Under the pieces are notes generated by a model. The model worked only from the letters and a program-made list of their open reading frames with translations. It was not told where the DNA came from and did not search any database. The position numbers were made by a program, and so were the translations under genes. This document shows positions 10,301-22,315 of a stretch of 64,000 nucleotides of DNA, piece by piece (the stretch's first letter is position 1; each line of letters opens with the position of its first letter). The stretch spans positions 1-64,000 of the forward strand of contig JYFJ02001311.1 of assembly GCA_000934665.2 (NCBI GenBank). The letters are read 5' to 3'. The DNA is from Catajapyx aquilonaris. Its lineage: Eukaryota.

Positions 10301-13300
10301 GTCGGAATATAAGTGCTTTATTACCCTGGAGGCATTTTATTGAGGCTGCTGCAGGGCAATGACTAGCAAACCGGGCTGGACAACAGAGGCAAGATCGTTC
10401 GTTTGTACCCCACGCTGTTCGTTGGGCCTCCTTGTTTTTGACCACATTTAGTTTGGAGGAGAGACACACCTATGCAATGGACTACTTGCTAGTCCATTGG
10501 CCACTACCCACGTACTTGTTGGACGGATAAGGCAAGGCTATAGGCCCCGGTGTGCTTGCCAGGGTTTGGCCAGAGACTGGTTACATGGAGCTGCGGAAAG
10601 TTGGGCCTGTCGAACACCCAGAGACAAATGGGGCCGTTGGGGACAACGGAGACTGAGCTCGTGGCAGGTTACGCCCAGTGGTATACAGCAGCGGAACACA
10701 TGATGGTAAAACCATGTAAGGCCTTCTCTATGGGCGACACGCAGATTTCTCCGATGGTGTGTCAGTGGACGAAGCGTATAGGTTGTACTGTGGTGGTCAG
10801 CAAATAATTTATCAGGTGGTACAGAAATCAACAGGAAATGCATTTTGTGTAATACATAATTATAGTACGAAATTCGAATATGGCGATGTGGTCAGCAATC
10901 TGCTATTAAAATGTCAATATGTGACGAATTCTGTACGGCACCACTCTGCATTCAGTCCACATTCCCATCAAGGATTGAGTGATGCAATGGATAAGGTGAG
11001 TAACTGATTGCCAGGAACTAATTATCACGTCCCGGATAAGACGTGGCTGACAGCTGACGGCCGCTAGTCCTCGAAGGATATATGGAAAACAAATCCAGAG
11101 TCCAACAAAACACATGCAATTTCTCACACTCTCCAACAAGAGTCTTCCTTGACCACTTGCTCCAGTTTCAGGTGCAACGTCCATCGTCCGGAAAGCAAGC
11201 CCCGGAATACCAATGAACCTGCGTGTTTTTCCACGGACCATACAACCGGTCACCTGGCCAAAGGCAGCCTATCTTGCCTTCCCATCATGGAAGGTCTGCG
11301 TCCCCTTTGAAATCATTTTTTTTCTACCTTTCCCCATGAACGTCCTTCCCAGCAACCTTCCTTCAACCTCACCACAAGGACGAAGGAAGTCCGGAAGCCA
11401 ATGATGAGAAACGCAGCAGGACTCCATTTTGTACCACGATATAGCCGGATTAAACCATCATCAGCAAATGAGGTGTAATGTCGTTAAATGGGTGGAGGAT
11501 TCTTCCACCTGCCCATTGTCGACTTCAACGCCTGGATTGCAAACGAGCTTTCGCATCACGAAGTTGCAAGATGGCCAATCATCCAGAAGCACGTGTCCAT
11601 AGCCTGTTTTTTCCGAATTTTACTGCTAAAAATTCAGCGAGGACTTAAACCACCAGCAGCCTTGGCAGGTGGTCTTCTTCGGCCTTTGTTCCTCCTTATA
11701 TGGATACCCCCTTTGTTTTTCCAGCAAATTCTGTTGCCACTGCGGGGACCGAAAAGGGCAGAGGGCGGCCATTTTGATGCCCATTGTTCCTCAGGTCGGC
11801 TGTAAATGTCTCCTCCACTTTGCATATCCATTGACAGGTTTTCATACCAAATGGACAAACCCATCGGCGGAATGTCTTTGCCTGACTATACTTAAGGCGA
11901 GTTGTAAAGAGATAAGGCCGCTGAAGAACTTCTTAATTGACGCACGAGTGACGGAACAGAGACGTGATCTGGATGTCCTAACATCCTCTCCAGAATTTCA
12001 AGTGGTCAGAAACCTCAAAATAGGTCATGTCAATGAAGCCCACATGTTGAAAAAAAAGTGGGATATAATTTTCTCTCTCGCCCACCATCTTGAGAAGGTC
12101 AACATCCCCATGCTGGTGGTCAGTGAAACCCTCCATTCTCCCAGTGACTTATGCTGCCAACTAACTGCATAGGCAAAGGACCCTGACTACCTCCATCTTT
12201 TGCACCTTCAAGGTGACCCTTTAAGGAACGGATATTGTCACCTTTTTTTTGTATTTCTTCCGCTTGTTATCTTACGCCTGTCTTGTCTTCCTGTGATTAG
12301 TTGTGGCAAAAAGAGGAGTTGTCTGCATTATATGTTTTCTGGCGCCAACTGGACTGATTGGCAAGTTATTGGGGGATCATTACATCTTCGATGATTCGCC
12401 AGACGTCTGCTTTGTGGGGGGCCTAAGCGATATAACCACGCTTCACATGCCCCCAAGAGTTTGATTGAGGCAACCGGTACGTAGACGCCCACAGGTAAAA
12501 TTGGACACACAAAAAATTCTGCTCAGCGGGTTATCTAAGGGGTCATAAATAAGGGTTTCTGATCCGGTCACTGCTAACGAGTAGTTGCTGTAATTGCAGT
12601 CGCACCTAAGAAGAGCTTGATTTTTGGCACTTTAATATTGGAAAGGCGGAGTGATTGGTTGGCAAGCGGGAGTGATTACTCAAGTACCTGCTTATAGGGC
12701 GTTCTTGCTAATGATTGCTATTTGCCAAGAATTGCTGTGAGTTTAGAGTACCTATAGTGACATTTCGCCTTGAAAGTTTTGCATTAGCACCTGAATGCAA
12801 TGTAGCAAATAGTATTTAAACGAATTATAAACGAGTAGCAAGTGTTCATGATTAAACTGAGGAATTTGGCAGCAATATATACCTACTCCTCTGGTGAATT
12901 CATTTCTTAGATGAAGCTATTTACAATCGCGCTTGTGCTAACTATAATATTAAAATTCTCGTTTCCGCGACACTTCCGATTGGCCCCCGTTTTGCGCCTG
13001 CGCAATGGGTCAAAGACCCATTCACTTGCTAGTTGACTGGCGGCCAGTAAACATCGTGAGCTCGTAAAACTATAAACCAGTGGCTATAGAAATGCACCAA
13101 AAGCAACATTATAATGAATCAAGAGCTGCTATACTGCGCAGCAATAAGATAACCTGACTTCTCTGCATTTTCTGCACAAGTGCTGAGTGTATATTTTTCA
13201 GTAAACTTGTTAACGACGCAACTGATATGGCACTAAATATGCCTGTCACGCATCTCGTTATGCGCGTGAGAAGTGATTACCTATGATCATCGATGATGGC

Positions 13301-14362
13301 CATCTCGAGAGGCATTTGCCCCCTTTTACTGATGGTGCAGTGGGAAACGCTGGCCATTTACTTCTCACGCGTGCAATAAATCTCTTCGGTAATGATGCTG
13401 TAACTCTGTGCTCGGATTCAGGCTATCTGGCGAGAGCATTCCGTCAGCAGAAGCCTCCAGCATTTAACTGTTTAAAAAGTGCACATTCACTAAATTGCAC
13501 AAATTTTAGAAAAATAATTTTTGGCCGAGTGGACTGTTTTATGACAAACTCAAAAACAGATCAGAAAATTGTGTAAAATTTTACCCCATTCTGCAGAAAC
13601 CATTGCACAATTATTAGTAATCACCCTGAATTTAAATAGGCCATTAAATTTATTGCTTTCGTTTAGTATTTAATACAGAGCTCCCCAAGTCCACAGTCTA
13701 TGAATCAAGTCAGCTATTACGAATTGCTTCCTCGAGCAACCAACAAACACGACAAATGGACCAACTGATCTGATTTTTCCGACAGGTTGCTTCTAAATTG
13801 GTTGACATACCAAATAACTTCTCCGCTCCTAATATGTAAACATTGGCCATGCCTCTATTTACCTCCATTTAAAAGACTCCTGGTACTCACGTGACTATTT
13901 GATAGCTGTTAAATAATTATGCAAATTATTATTCGCGCAAATGGTTGTCGTGCTACAAACATTTGAAATATAGAAATTAAGTAATACCGGCAGTGTTTGA
14001 TTACCCTTCGTGACCCAAGATCGTTTTCGACGCCCCATACCCTTGCATAGCGTGATTACACAATACTCGTCAAATCCCACTATTCACCCCTTTTCCCATC
14101 AAACTTTCCCCAAATAAAAACCAGCTTGAACTTACGTTGCGAAAGGTTCCTCCTCCACCTCGTATAGCTTGTCGATGGGCTGCTTCCTAACCATCTTGGC
14201 CACCTTATCCGGCGGCAACGTAACCACACCATTGTTGACATTTGAAAAATCGCATGAGGCTGCATCTTTGGTCCTATCTCTCTTCCGACTCCGACAACCC
14301 TTGGCCTTCCCTTTGCCCTTGCCCCTACTCCTCTGGTTCACCGCTGGCTGCTGGTAGATCAT
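2807..14362 (-). CDS. DRAK/STK17-like Ser/Thr kinase, divergent paralog A (DFE variant): join(14362..14136, 6940..6728, 6661..6523, 5766..5640, 5179..4945, 4349..2807), 827 aa
   Basis: All five introns are GT-AG with consistent phases (2,2,0,1,2), total 2484 nt. Motifs: PFATGLFATV, YAAK, HEAALL, MEYASGG, HLDIKPQN, KLCDFEISR, GTPDYVAPE, DMWSVG, HPW. The ATG has A at -3 and an in-frame TAG 10 codons upstream. Confidence 0.92.
4945..5179 (-). CDS. Paralog A coding exon 5 (235 nt; APE...DMWS...EPR)
   Basis: CCTTTCAG|CT CCG GAG ... GAG CCC AG|GTGAG. Confidence 0.93.
5640..5766 (-). CDS. Paralog A coding exon 4 (127 nt; PQNL...DFE...GTPDYV)
   Basis: TTTGCAG|CCC CAG AAT ... TAT GTC G|GTAAG. Confidence 0.93.
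6135..6192. promoter_or_regulatory. Cluster of nuclear-receptor half-sites plus an AP-1 site in intron 3 of paralog A
   Basis: CGGTCA 6135, CAAGGTCA-GGGTCA 6146-6159, TGAGTCA 6175-6181, TCAAGGTCA 6184-6192. Confidence 0.3.
6523..6661 (-). CDS. Paralog A coding exon 3 (139 nt; to HLDIK)
   Basis: TTTCAG|T GCG AGT GGT GGT ... GAC ATC AAG|GTAGG. Confidence 0.93.
6728..6940 (-). CDS. Paralog A coding exon 2 (213 nt; subdomains I-V)
   Basis: TGTACAG|C GGA CTG TTT ... ATG GAA TA|GTAAGT. Confidence 0.93.
12962..13004. promoter_or_regulatory. Promoter-like motif cluster (ETS, CCAAT, NRF1/ewg-type) inside intron 1 of paralog A
   Basis: CACTTCCG 12971-12978, ATTGG 12979-12983, TGCGCCTGCGCA 12993-13004. 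Confidence 0.35.
14136..14362 (-). CDS. Paralog A coding exon 1 (basic N-terminus, pre-kinase segment, start of G-loop)
   Basis: Ends EEEPFA-AC|GTAAG and is homologous to paralog B exon 1. A likely acceptor (TATTTCCAG at 14539) would put 5' UTR at 14363-14538 in the same exon. Confidence 0.85.
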
Positions 14363-17300
14363 CTTGTTGGTGTGTGCACAGATTGAGAGCTATCGGAGAT
14401 CTACCTCATCACTGGAGGCTGATCAAGGAAGGAATGGTGAGGGGGACGCGTGTAGGAAGACTACACGGAGTTCTTGTGGTGTAACTTGCCTTGACTCTTA
14501 CCTCGGACTCACCTCGCACGCTCATTGGACGAGGGGGCCTGGAAATACACGGATTCGTCACTGCCCACCATGCCATTTAGGCGCAATTTTATGCGTTGTC
14601 CGGCATTTGTATGGGGATGTGCGCACTAATCCAGTTTTATATTCAGAGCTCTGGGGCATCGGGTTGCTCAGTAAATATGGATTAAAGCTGTTTTTTTTAA
14701 CGAAATACAAAAAATATAAAAATTTAATGAAAAATAGCATGATGTCACAACGAAAATATGCTCCTGTAATTTTCATTACGTTTTGCCATTTCCTCCTAGT
14801 TACTTCGTTGATTAGAACCCTAGCCATTTCATTTCGTGATACTGGAAGTGAAGGAAATTGAATCTTAAAGGGACGGAATGAACTCGAGAGTAATCAGATA
14901 CTGTGTATAGCCTACCTTCAAGTAATGACCACATGAAGTAGTCAAACTTAAAAATTCAATATATAAGCAGAGCAATATAATGCCCACCAAATGTGCGTCA
15001 TGCTTTAAAAATATATTTAATAGCTCAAAACCAGAGTCACGTTTCAGTAAAATCTAATACCCACAGTGTGGTTTACTGCGTCGCATAGTTTTTACATATA
15101 AGGCGAAGCAGCTCGAGTGGTCATATATTTCCAGTCGTGTCCAGATTTGAGTATTGGACTTCACCTTGTGCGCGAGCGTTGCCGCACGTTGTCCTCACTT
15201 CCATTTCCTTCCTGTCTTTTTTTTCCATCGAAGGTAAGACCTGCCCCGTGTGAGGATCGGCTTTTGGCCAAAGGGGTTTGCTCACCCGGCTCGAATGATG
15301 ACTGGCTTTTCTTCCCCAACAAATGAGTTACCATCAATTTCAGCTCGGACGTCCCCTCCTGCTTATTAATGAAGCCAGGTAAAAGACATGTAGACGCGGA
15401 TTGAGCTGCGATTTTTCACCGATTCAAGGCTATGTGTGAGTCGCTATCCCACTACCACACGCTGGTTGTTAACATCGCAAATATTTGCATACCTCATGCG
15501 AGTAACAACAAGACCATCGTGGGTCGTCCTGTCACCTGACATGTCATTGGGGAAAATCGCCCGTCACCACATGCCCATTGTGGATACCTATCGCTCATAA
15601 CACTTATCATAACAACATGAACAGTTGGATCTACAATACGGGAAAAATATTTATAGACTCCAGATTTTTTTTCCATCTACAACTGTGGACTTGGAACACT
15701 GCACTAACAGTAAATACCATAGAAGCCATTATACCCTATACTGAAACACCAAGTTTACGAGGGTTCTGACTGGGCAGGCACCTGTAATTCAAAAGAGAGC
15801 GCAGGTGTCAACCGGGCCATGTTACACCCTGTATATAAGCTGCGTTTGTCACCTTAAATCCATAAAAACAAAATATATCGCAGGGCATCCGTTCAGTATA
15901 CCCAAGACACCCATAAAACCTAGCGATTTATGCCTGGCAATCCGAACGCCGCTTGTAACAGGGCATGTAGTGAGCCGTTCACATCCACCTTGTTGGTCCG
16001 ACCTTTGACCCCTGCGTTTCCTATCAGTCCTTTTGATCAATCAATCCAACATGACTCGAAAAAGTCCCTTGGGCATCGCACCAATCCTCGACGCCTTCGA
16101 TTTGACCTCCCATTTCTCTCGCACTGCAAAAAGGCCTTTTGGTTCGCGCCCTTGTACCGACAGCCATTCCTCATGGTCCAGTACGAGAATGTACTAATCA
16201 ACCAATGTACAGGCCCAAAAAAAATGTGCAGGATAATACCTGATATGGTACTTTTAGAAGAGTGCAAAATGTGACCACCCAAGTGCTGAAGACACTCCTC
16301 GAGGTTACTATCCAAATTCAAGGTCTGGTTACAAAGGAATGCAAAAAGCAGTCGGCGACTTTCCGGCAGCGTATATAAAAATAAAAATAAAAAGTAGGGG
16401 GCGACGGCACCCAACTTTTAACAACGACAACAACATACCAAAAAAAAAGTTGATGTATATTCTTTGGCCGAGCCGAATGGCCGTGAGGTCTCTTCTTGCC
16501 CATTGGTTCGGGGCAATGGTTGGTCACCAACCTCACCTGGTTCGAAGTTTCGGAAAAGGAAGTGAAGGTTAGATGCCTCTTTTTGATATAAAGCGGTATG
16601 TCGTTGCCAATACTTGAGTATTAATCCGGTCTTCTGGGTTGAAAGGTCGGGCTCTACGACTCTCTTGCTAAGGAAATGTTCAAGTTCTTCCGCCATATTT
16701 AGAAAGGGTTTTCCAGCTCAACGGTACTTGAACCCACATAATTCATCGGCTCCAATATTGTACCCCGAGCGGTTGGTATTTTATAGTGAGAAAATTATTG
16801 TACTGTATACTTAATATTCAAATCTTGCACCATTTTTAAGCGGACTAAAATTATAAAATCTGTCATATGCCTGTGCGTCAGAATAATATGGTCTGGTCAT
16901 CCCATCTGTATTTCGCAAAAACAAAAAAATGCAATTTCACTACAAAAAGACATCATCAATTAATTTATTTATTATCACCTCTTGCTGGAACACCTTCACT
17001 AATGTGTATGAAGGATTATAGCAAATTCATCAATACATGAAAACAAAAAAAGCTATATCTGCAAAGCTGACATTTTCTGCAATATGCTGCCATCTTTGTA
17101 CAAGTTACGACAATTTATATTAGAGTGATCGTATGTGTATAGCCCCACATGTCTTTGTGATTTCTTGCATTTCTCATTTGGACATGGGCGTCAAAATATG
17201 GTTTACGGTAATTACAGATAATGCGCCACGTAGAACCTTGTGACTGTATTTTGCATAATAAAGTGTACCAACAAAAAAATGGCTATTTTCATCTAAGGAT

Positions 17301-19485
17301 TACGCAAATCTGCATAACAACACGGTCCAGATAGTACATCAATGTGCCCCATAATTCGCTGCGTGAATATTATAACCTGTCCCACCTCGTCACGCCTTAC
17401 CGACCTGTTTCCTACTGTCACACAGATAAGGAAGGAGAGAAAAAAAAGGGAAACAGTATGGAAAAAAATAAGAAAAATATAGAGTCTGGCGAGGCTGAGA
17501 GGGTCACGAGCTGCCCTGCTGACAGCCTCTGCCCTAGGGAGTCCTTGCTATCCTAGTTCTGCACTAGGAAGCAGCATTTTCAAGGCGAGGTCTCCAACTG
17601 GCTTTTACTCGATTCGAGCAAACTTTACATGTCGTCATAAAACTATGAATTTGGCAAACATACGCCACAAACCGACGTAACTCCCTTCAAAAACATATAT
17701 GTCAACTAGGAGGACAAAGTCGTTTGATGGACATGTCTTTCACAAAATGGGATCAAGATGACGCAGCAAAATTGCGCTGTTTTGAAGACATCAAAAAAGC
17801 GACACGCGTCAGCAGGATTAGAGGCGCCGACATGTCGTAATATTTCAAACACCGGACATATCTATAGATGGAACCTTTTGAATCTTGTCCGAAAAACATG
17901 ACGTAATGTTGTAATGAAGATATAACAATGTTGCGGAGAGGAAATCGGACGGGTTTTCTGCGAAACGAGTTCGTGAAGATCTAAGAGATGCCATCGGGGC
18001 TCGAAAGCTAATTTTCTCTCGGTTTTTCTTACTCGGTACTATTATTTGACACCAATTGCGTGTCTGGATGAAATTTATGAGTGGTGTGACGCAACCAGGT
18101 CTTGCCAACCCGGTAATTATTGTTCAGGATTTCGTGATGAAGCCATCAGAAGCTTAAATTTTCGTCGGGGGTACAAAATTTATGGCGTTATTCTATTGAT
18201 TAGACATGAAAAAAAAACTAGGCATTGTTCAGTTTTGAGATAGGCCTACACCAGGATAGTATTGAAAATGAAGGGCGTAATGGAGTTACTAATAAATAGC
18301 CACTTTTTTTTCTAACTGTGAAGTAATGAATGCTGTCAGTGCATATGATATAAGGTAGCCATTCACTGAATCATGTGAATGAAAAACATCGTTGACTGAA
18401 CTTACAGCGCATTTCGTACCACACATGGCATTGAGGTTGAACCGCACCCTGCCCCAACTGTTGTGGTTAAAGTTACACCACTTTCACCACATTAAACACT
18501 AAAAAGGGAAACGCATGGTGAGTCACACCACCACGGAACAGACCTTACGCAACTATCTGATGAACCTATAAACAAATCAAGGTCCAAATATTTGACCCAA
18601 ATTTATGCGCTTCATCTAAAATGGGGCGTTGTTAATTACTCTGTGGTGTGATTAATTGCAACTACTATCTGCATTTACACGTAAAAAAGATGCTAAAAGT
18701 AGGCGTGACTTATAGATGCTATCGAAGCGTGAATTTCAAAATGGCCACCCTCATATTTCACCACTAGCATTTTGTTCACACGCAGAGAAAGCCAGCTGAT
18801 TCCTTCCGGGTGATAGACATGGAGTAATTGGATAGGTTACAAGGGCAATTAGGATCTGCTTTTATGATTTCAAAGAAACTCTGGCTAAAGGAGGCACGGA
18901 GAAAAAAAAATGGCGGTTGTCTTAACACCTGATCCCTTCTAACTGTACTCCTTTTTGCTGCGAACGAGCACGTGGGAGGCTGCTGGTTCCTAAGGACTCA
19001 ATTTGTAAAGGCCAAGAGGTGACAAGGAAAGATACGTACATACAAAAAAAATTGACGCCCATGCACTTGACCGCAAGGGTTTGAGTGGCGGAGCTAATCT
19101 GCTTCGCATTACCGTCAATTATAATTGGCGATTGTTCCAGACGCGGAAGTATTTTGCACGCTTTTATTGGTGTTACACACTATGTTGCATAATTGTCTAG
19201 CCAGTCAGTCATTACTATGAAAGAATATTGAAATAGTTCTGTTTAAAAATGACCACAATGAAAGATGATAAAGTTGGCCTTGAAAGGTGGATGCTACACC
19301 CACGTAAGCGGATGAAACGCCCATAAATTAGATGGCCGAAGAAATTAATAAGTCATAAGTGGAGATCAACAAAGGCAGCCTTGATATTGACATATATGGC
19401 CAGAGATTTTAAGCAAACTTATGATGATGGTTACAGGTTATGATTAGATGACGGTCATGCTGCGTCAGAGAGCCAGAAAAGTGGG

Positions 19486-19524
19486 GGGTCAAGGGGAGGT
19501 CAAGGGGAGGTCAGCGCGTGGTCA
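19486..19524 (+). repeat. 11-bp-period array of four (A/G/T)GGTCA half-sites (tandem DR5 geometry)
   Basis: GGGTCA agggg AGGTCA agggg AGGTCA gcgcg TGGTCA. Confidence 0.75.
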
Positions 19525-21680
19525 AATCGGGAGTTTTGCGTGACTCTTCTCAAAGCCACCTCATACTATACTGCAGGATAAGAGCGCACAGTATTTTATC
19601 CTGGAAGCCATGCCTTCCCTAACCGTTAGTGTGTTGCGGGTTGCTCCGAAGAATTAGGATAAGAGCGACATGTTGCACCTGGAAGTCACTTCCTGCTAAT
19701 GACATGCACTCCGAAATATGCCGTAAATGTCAGCAGTGGAAATATTACAAAATGTCTAATGCTGTGGTTTTAGTGTCTTGGTTAAATGGCAAGGAAGGCA
19801 TCTTTTGGATGGGTTTTGGATGCCCTCTGCCTCTGCCACTGCTACCATGTTACTTTGATTGGGGTTGTAGGTGACGGCATAATCGACAATGACAATCTGA
19901 TCAATTGGAATAATAATGGACCAATACTGCATCTGGTAAGAGTCTGCTGCAGGGTCAAATTGGAATGAAGAAACTTTCACAGTTGATTTTAATCGAGTAA
20001 CGGTAAAAGGTTGAATTAATTACTTGAAGCCGGAATTGTAACCTATTAACTATTTTTAACAGTCTGAATGACGAGATAAAAATGTTCCTGTATGGTAACT
20101 TTTTCAGTTATTTCTCAATAATGTGGAGGACACTGTAATACTTTTTTGATATTTAAAAAAAAACTACTTAACGGAGATGCAAAGAAGTGCCCGATAAAAT
20201 CCATGCAAGTTTTGCATCCTAATTACCTTAGTATTCTAGCAAAAAATCATAATTTAGCGCAGGGCCCTTGTAATACATTGTGCAATAATTAGTATTGCAT
20301 TTAGACTGCAAATAATATAAGTCGTCCAGCGATCAAACATATCAACATGATGAGACACTTGGAAATGTGACTAAATACAGCCAGTGCCACCTCAACTCAC
20401 AAGAGATTATTATCAGTGCACTCCGTCTTCTTGCCTTCTGCCTTACTGATGATTCAGTGTCCATGAACGTGAAATAGAGAAAGGCAAAAAACCAATTATT
20501 CACATATGACGTGGGAATTAACAGTCAGATTAGTTCAGAATTGTCCCTGAAGGCCTTATGGACCATGTCAGATTGCACTCCATGGGCATCATCACCTCTG
20601 TTTCCATGGTGGAACTAGGTCCATGGAAACATGTAGTAATCCTAGCTGTAACGTTAGTATCCACACATTTCATATTGTACCGCAGGACAATGCATAAATT
20701 ACAATCTAGCATTTGCTACATGAAGTTGCGACCTTGGATTTCTACAATGCATTGGATGATTTGTCTCTAAGGTTGGTTGGGGCCCATTTGTTCTGCCTGT
20801 AGGAACAGAATGTGAAGGTTTGGATTAGTACCGTACTGTATATCAGTGCATTTTTGGATTGTCTGCGTAAATCCAGCATCCTTCCTTCCTTCCTTCTTAA
20901 TGGGCTTCAGTGTACATGGGAACATCTCAGAACTCCATTTGTGTATATGTAGACTGTAGGATAATCGGGCACAGCATGCTGCTTAAAACCTAATTAGCAA
21001 AAGATCAATCACATTAAACCCAAATGAGCGAGGGTAGTTATGCATTGAGTTGTTAACCCTCCATGAGTATTTGCTCATGGTGAAGTTAATTTTTTGTAGG
21101 AACAGAGTGTATACTACCAGAAAAATATCACAAAAGTGGTGAAATTATAAAGAACAAAGATACCATAATTACTAATATTTAAATATCAATAAATTACTGA
21201 GGCCAGCCAGATTACATTATGTCACACCAGTTATTGTATGTACAGTACTCTGATATTTGCCGTCTTTCTTTTCCATTATTATCAGATTCTAAATCTCGGA
21301 TGAGCGGGGAAAAGTGCATAATTCAATACATTTTTTTTTTTACTTATGCACTTTTTTCTGCGCATCCGAGAAATGTCCATCACTTCTTCAAACTTACAGC
21401 AAATGCTATTGTCAACCCTTTATGTAGCAACTCTTACCAAGTAGTGTCCTTCACATCAAAGCCTTCAATTACAAATACATACTCATAAAGTGATATGATT
21501 TACTCAGTGAAGTAGCTCCTTTGTGAAATAAAGACCCCTTGGTCGGGAGAGAAAAAGTTGTCATCAGTATAATATGGTATGGTATTAAAAATGCATAACG
21601 TCATAATTTTGGGCCGACACCCTGAAATCAAGCTTAAACTACTGATATAAAAACAAAATGGTCTCAAATGAGTGAAATAT

Positions 21681-21686
21681 TTTATT
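21681..21686 (-). terminator. Candidate polyadenylation signal for paralog B
   Basis: TTTATT on +, about 630 nt after the stop; the true 3' UTR may be longer. Confidence 0.3.
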
Positions 21687-22171
21687 TTCAAGTTACATCC
21701 TAAGACTGTACAACCCTAAATTCAGCACTCTTTCATTTTTTGAGAACACCCATCCACACCTGGTCATGAATATCATGACCACACCTTTGGCTTGCTCAGC
21801 GAGAGGAGGGGGAGGGGTATGGTAATTATTCAGAAGTGTTGATTGATTGGAATTGGCACCGATATTTTTCGACTCTTGCAGTGTCCGCTGCTGCAGACTC
21901 AACAAGAAGCGAATTGGTGGGTATGCATGGTTGGGCACCTCCCCCTTCGTCTCCTCACTGGTGTCCTTTTCCTAGCCAGGATTGTTGGCACAAGTGGCAA
22001 ATTATTATGCAAAAAATTTAATTTGTACACTGCAAGACAGTTAAGTAACTCGTCCTCGTGCATGCGTAACAAAATTGTTATAAAAAAATTCTGTTCGGCA
22101 GTGGATGAGTCTTATGAATCTCCCAAACAAATAAATAGGAACTGTTCTACACTGTACACAGGCAAGTATAA

Positions 22172-22206
22172 AATAATATAATAATATAATAATAATAATA
22201 ATAATA
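22172..22206. repeat. Imperfect (AAT)n microsatellite in the 3' UTR of paralog B
   Basis: aataatataataatataataataataataataat; reads (UUA)n in the mRNA. Confidence 0.8.
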
Positions 22207-22315
22207 TTAAAGTCGTAACGATATGCTGGTCGCATGCGTAACAGAATATCGACTAGGGAAGAAATGTCGCTAGCCAAATGTATTATCACATTGCACACAT
22301 CTGCAACATGACTGC

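Noticed and set aside
16465..16548. A-box/B-box-like words (TGGCCGAGCCG ... GGTTCGAAG) with short stems (GTGAGGT/ACCTCAC, TTGCCC/GGGCAA)
   Set aside because: No cloverleaf or ribozyme core could be built; stems this short arise by chance. At most a decayed SINE.
20446..20474. CTGATGA...GAAA hammerhead-like words
   Set aside because: Stem II does not abut GAAA, and stems I and III cannot be formed.
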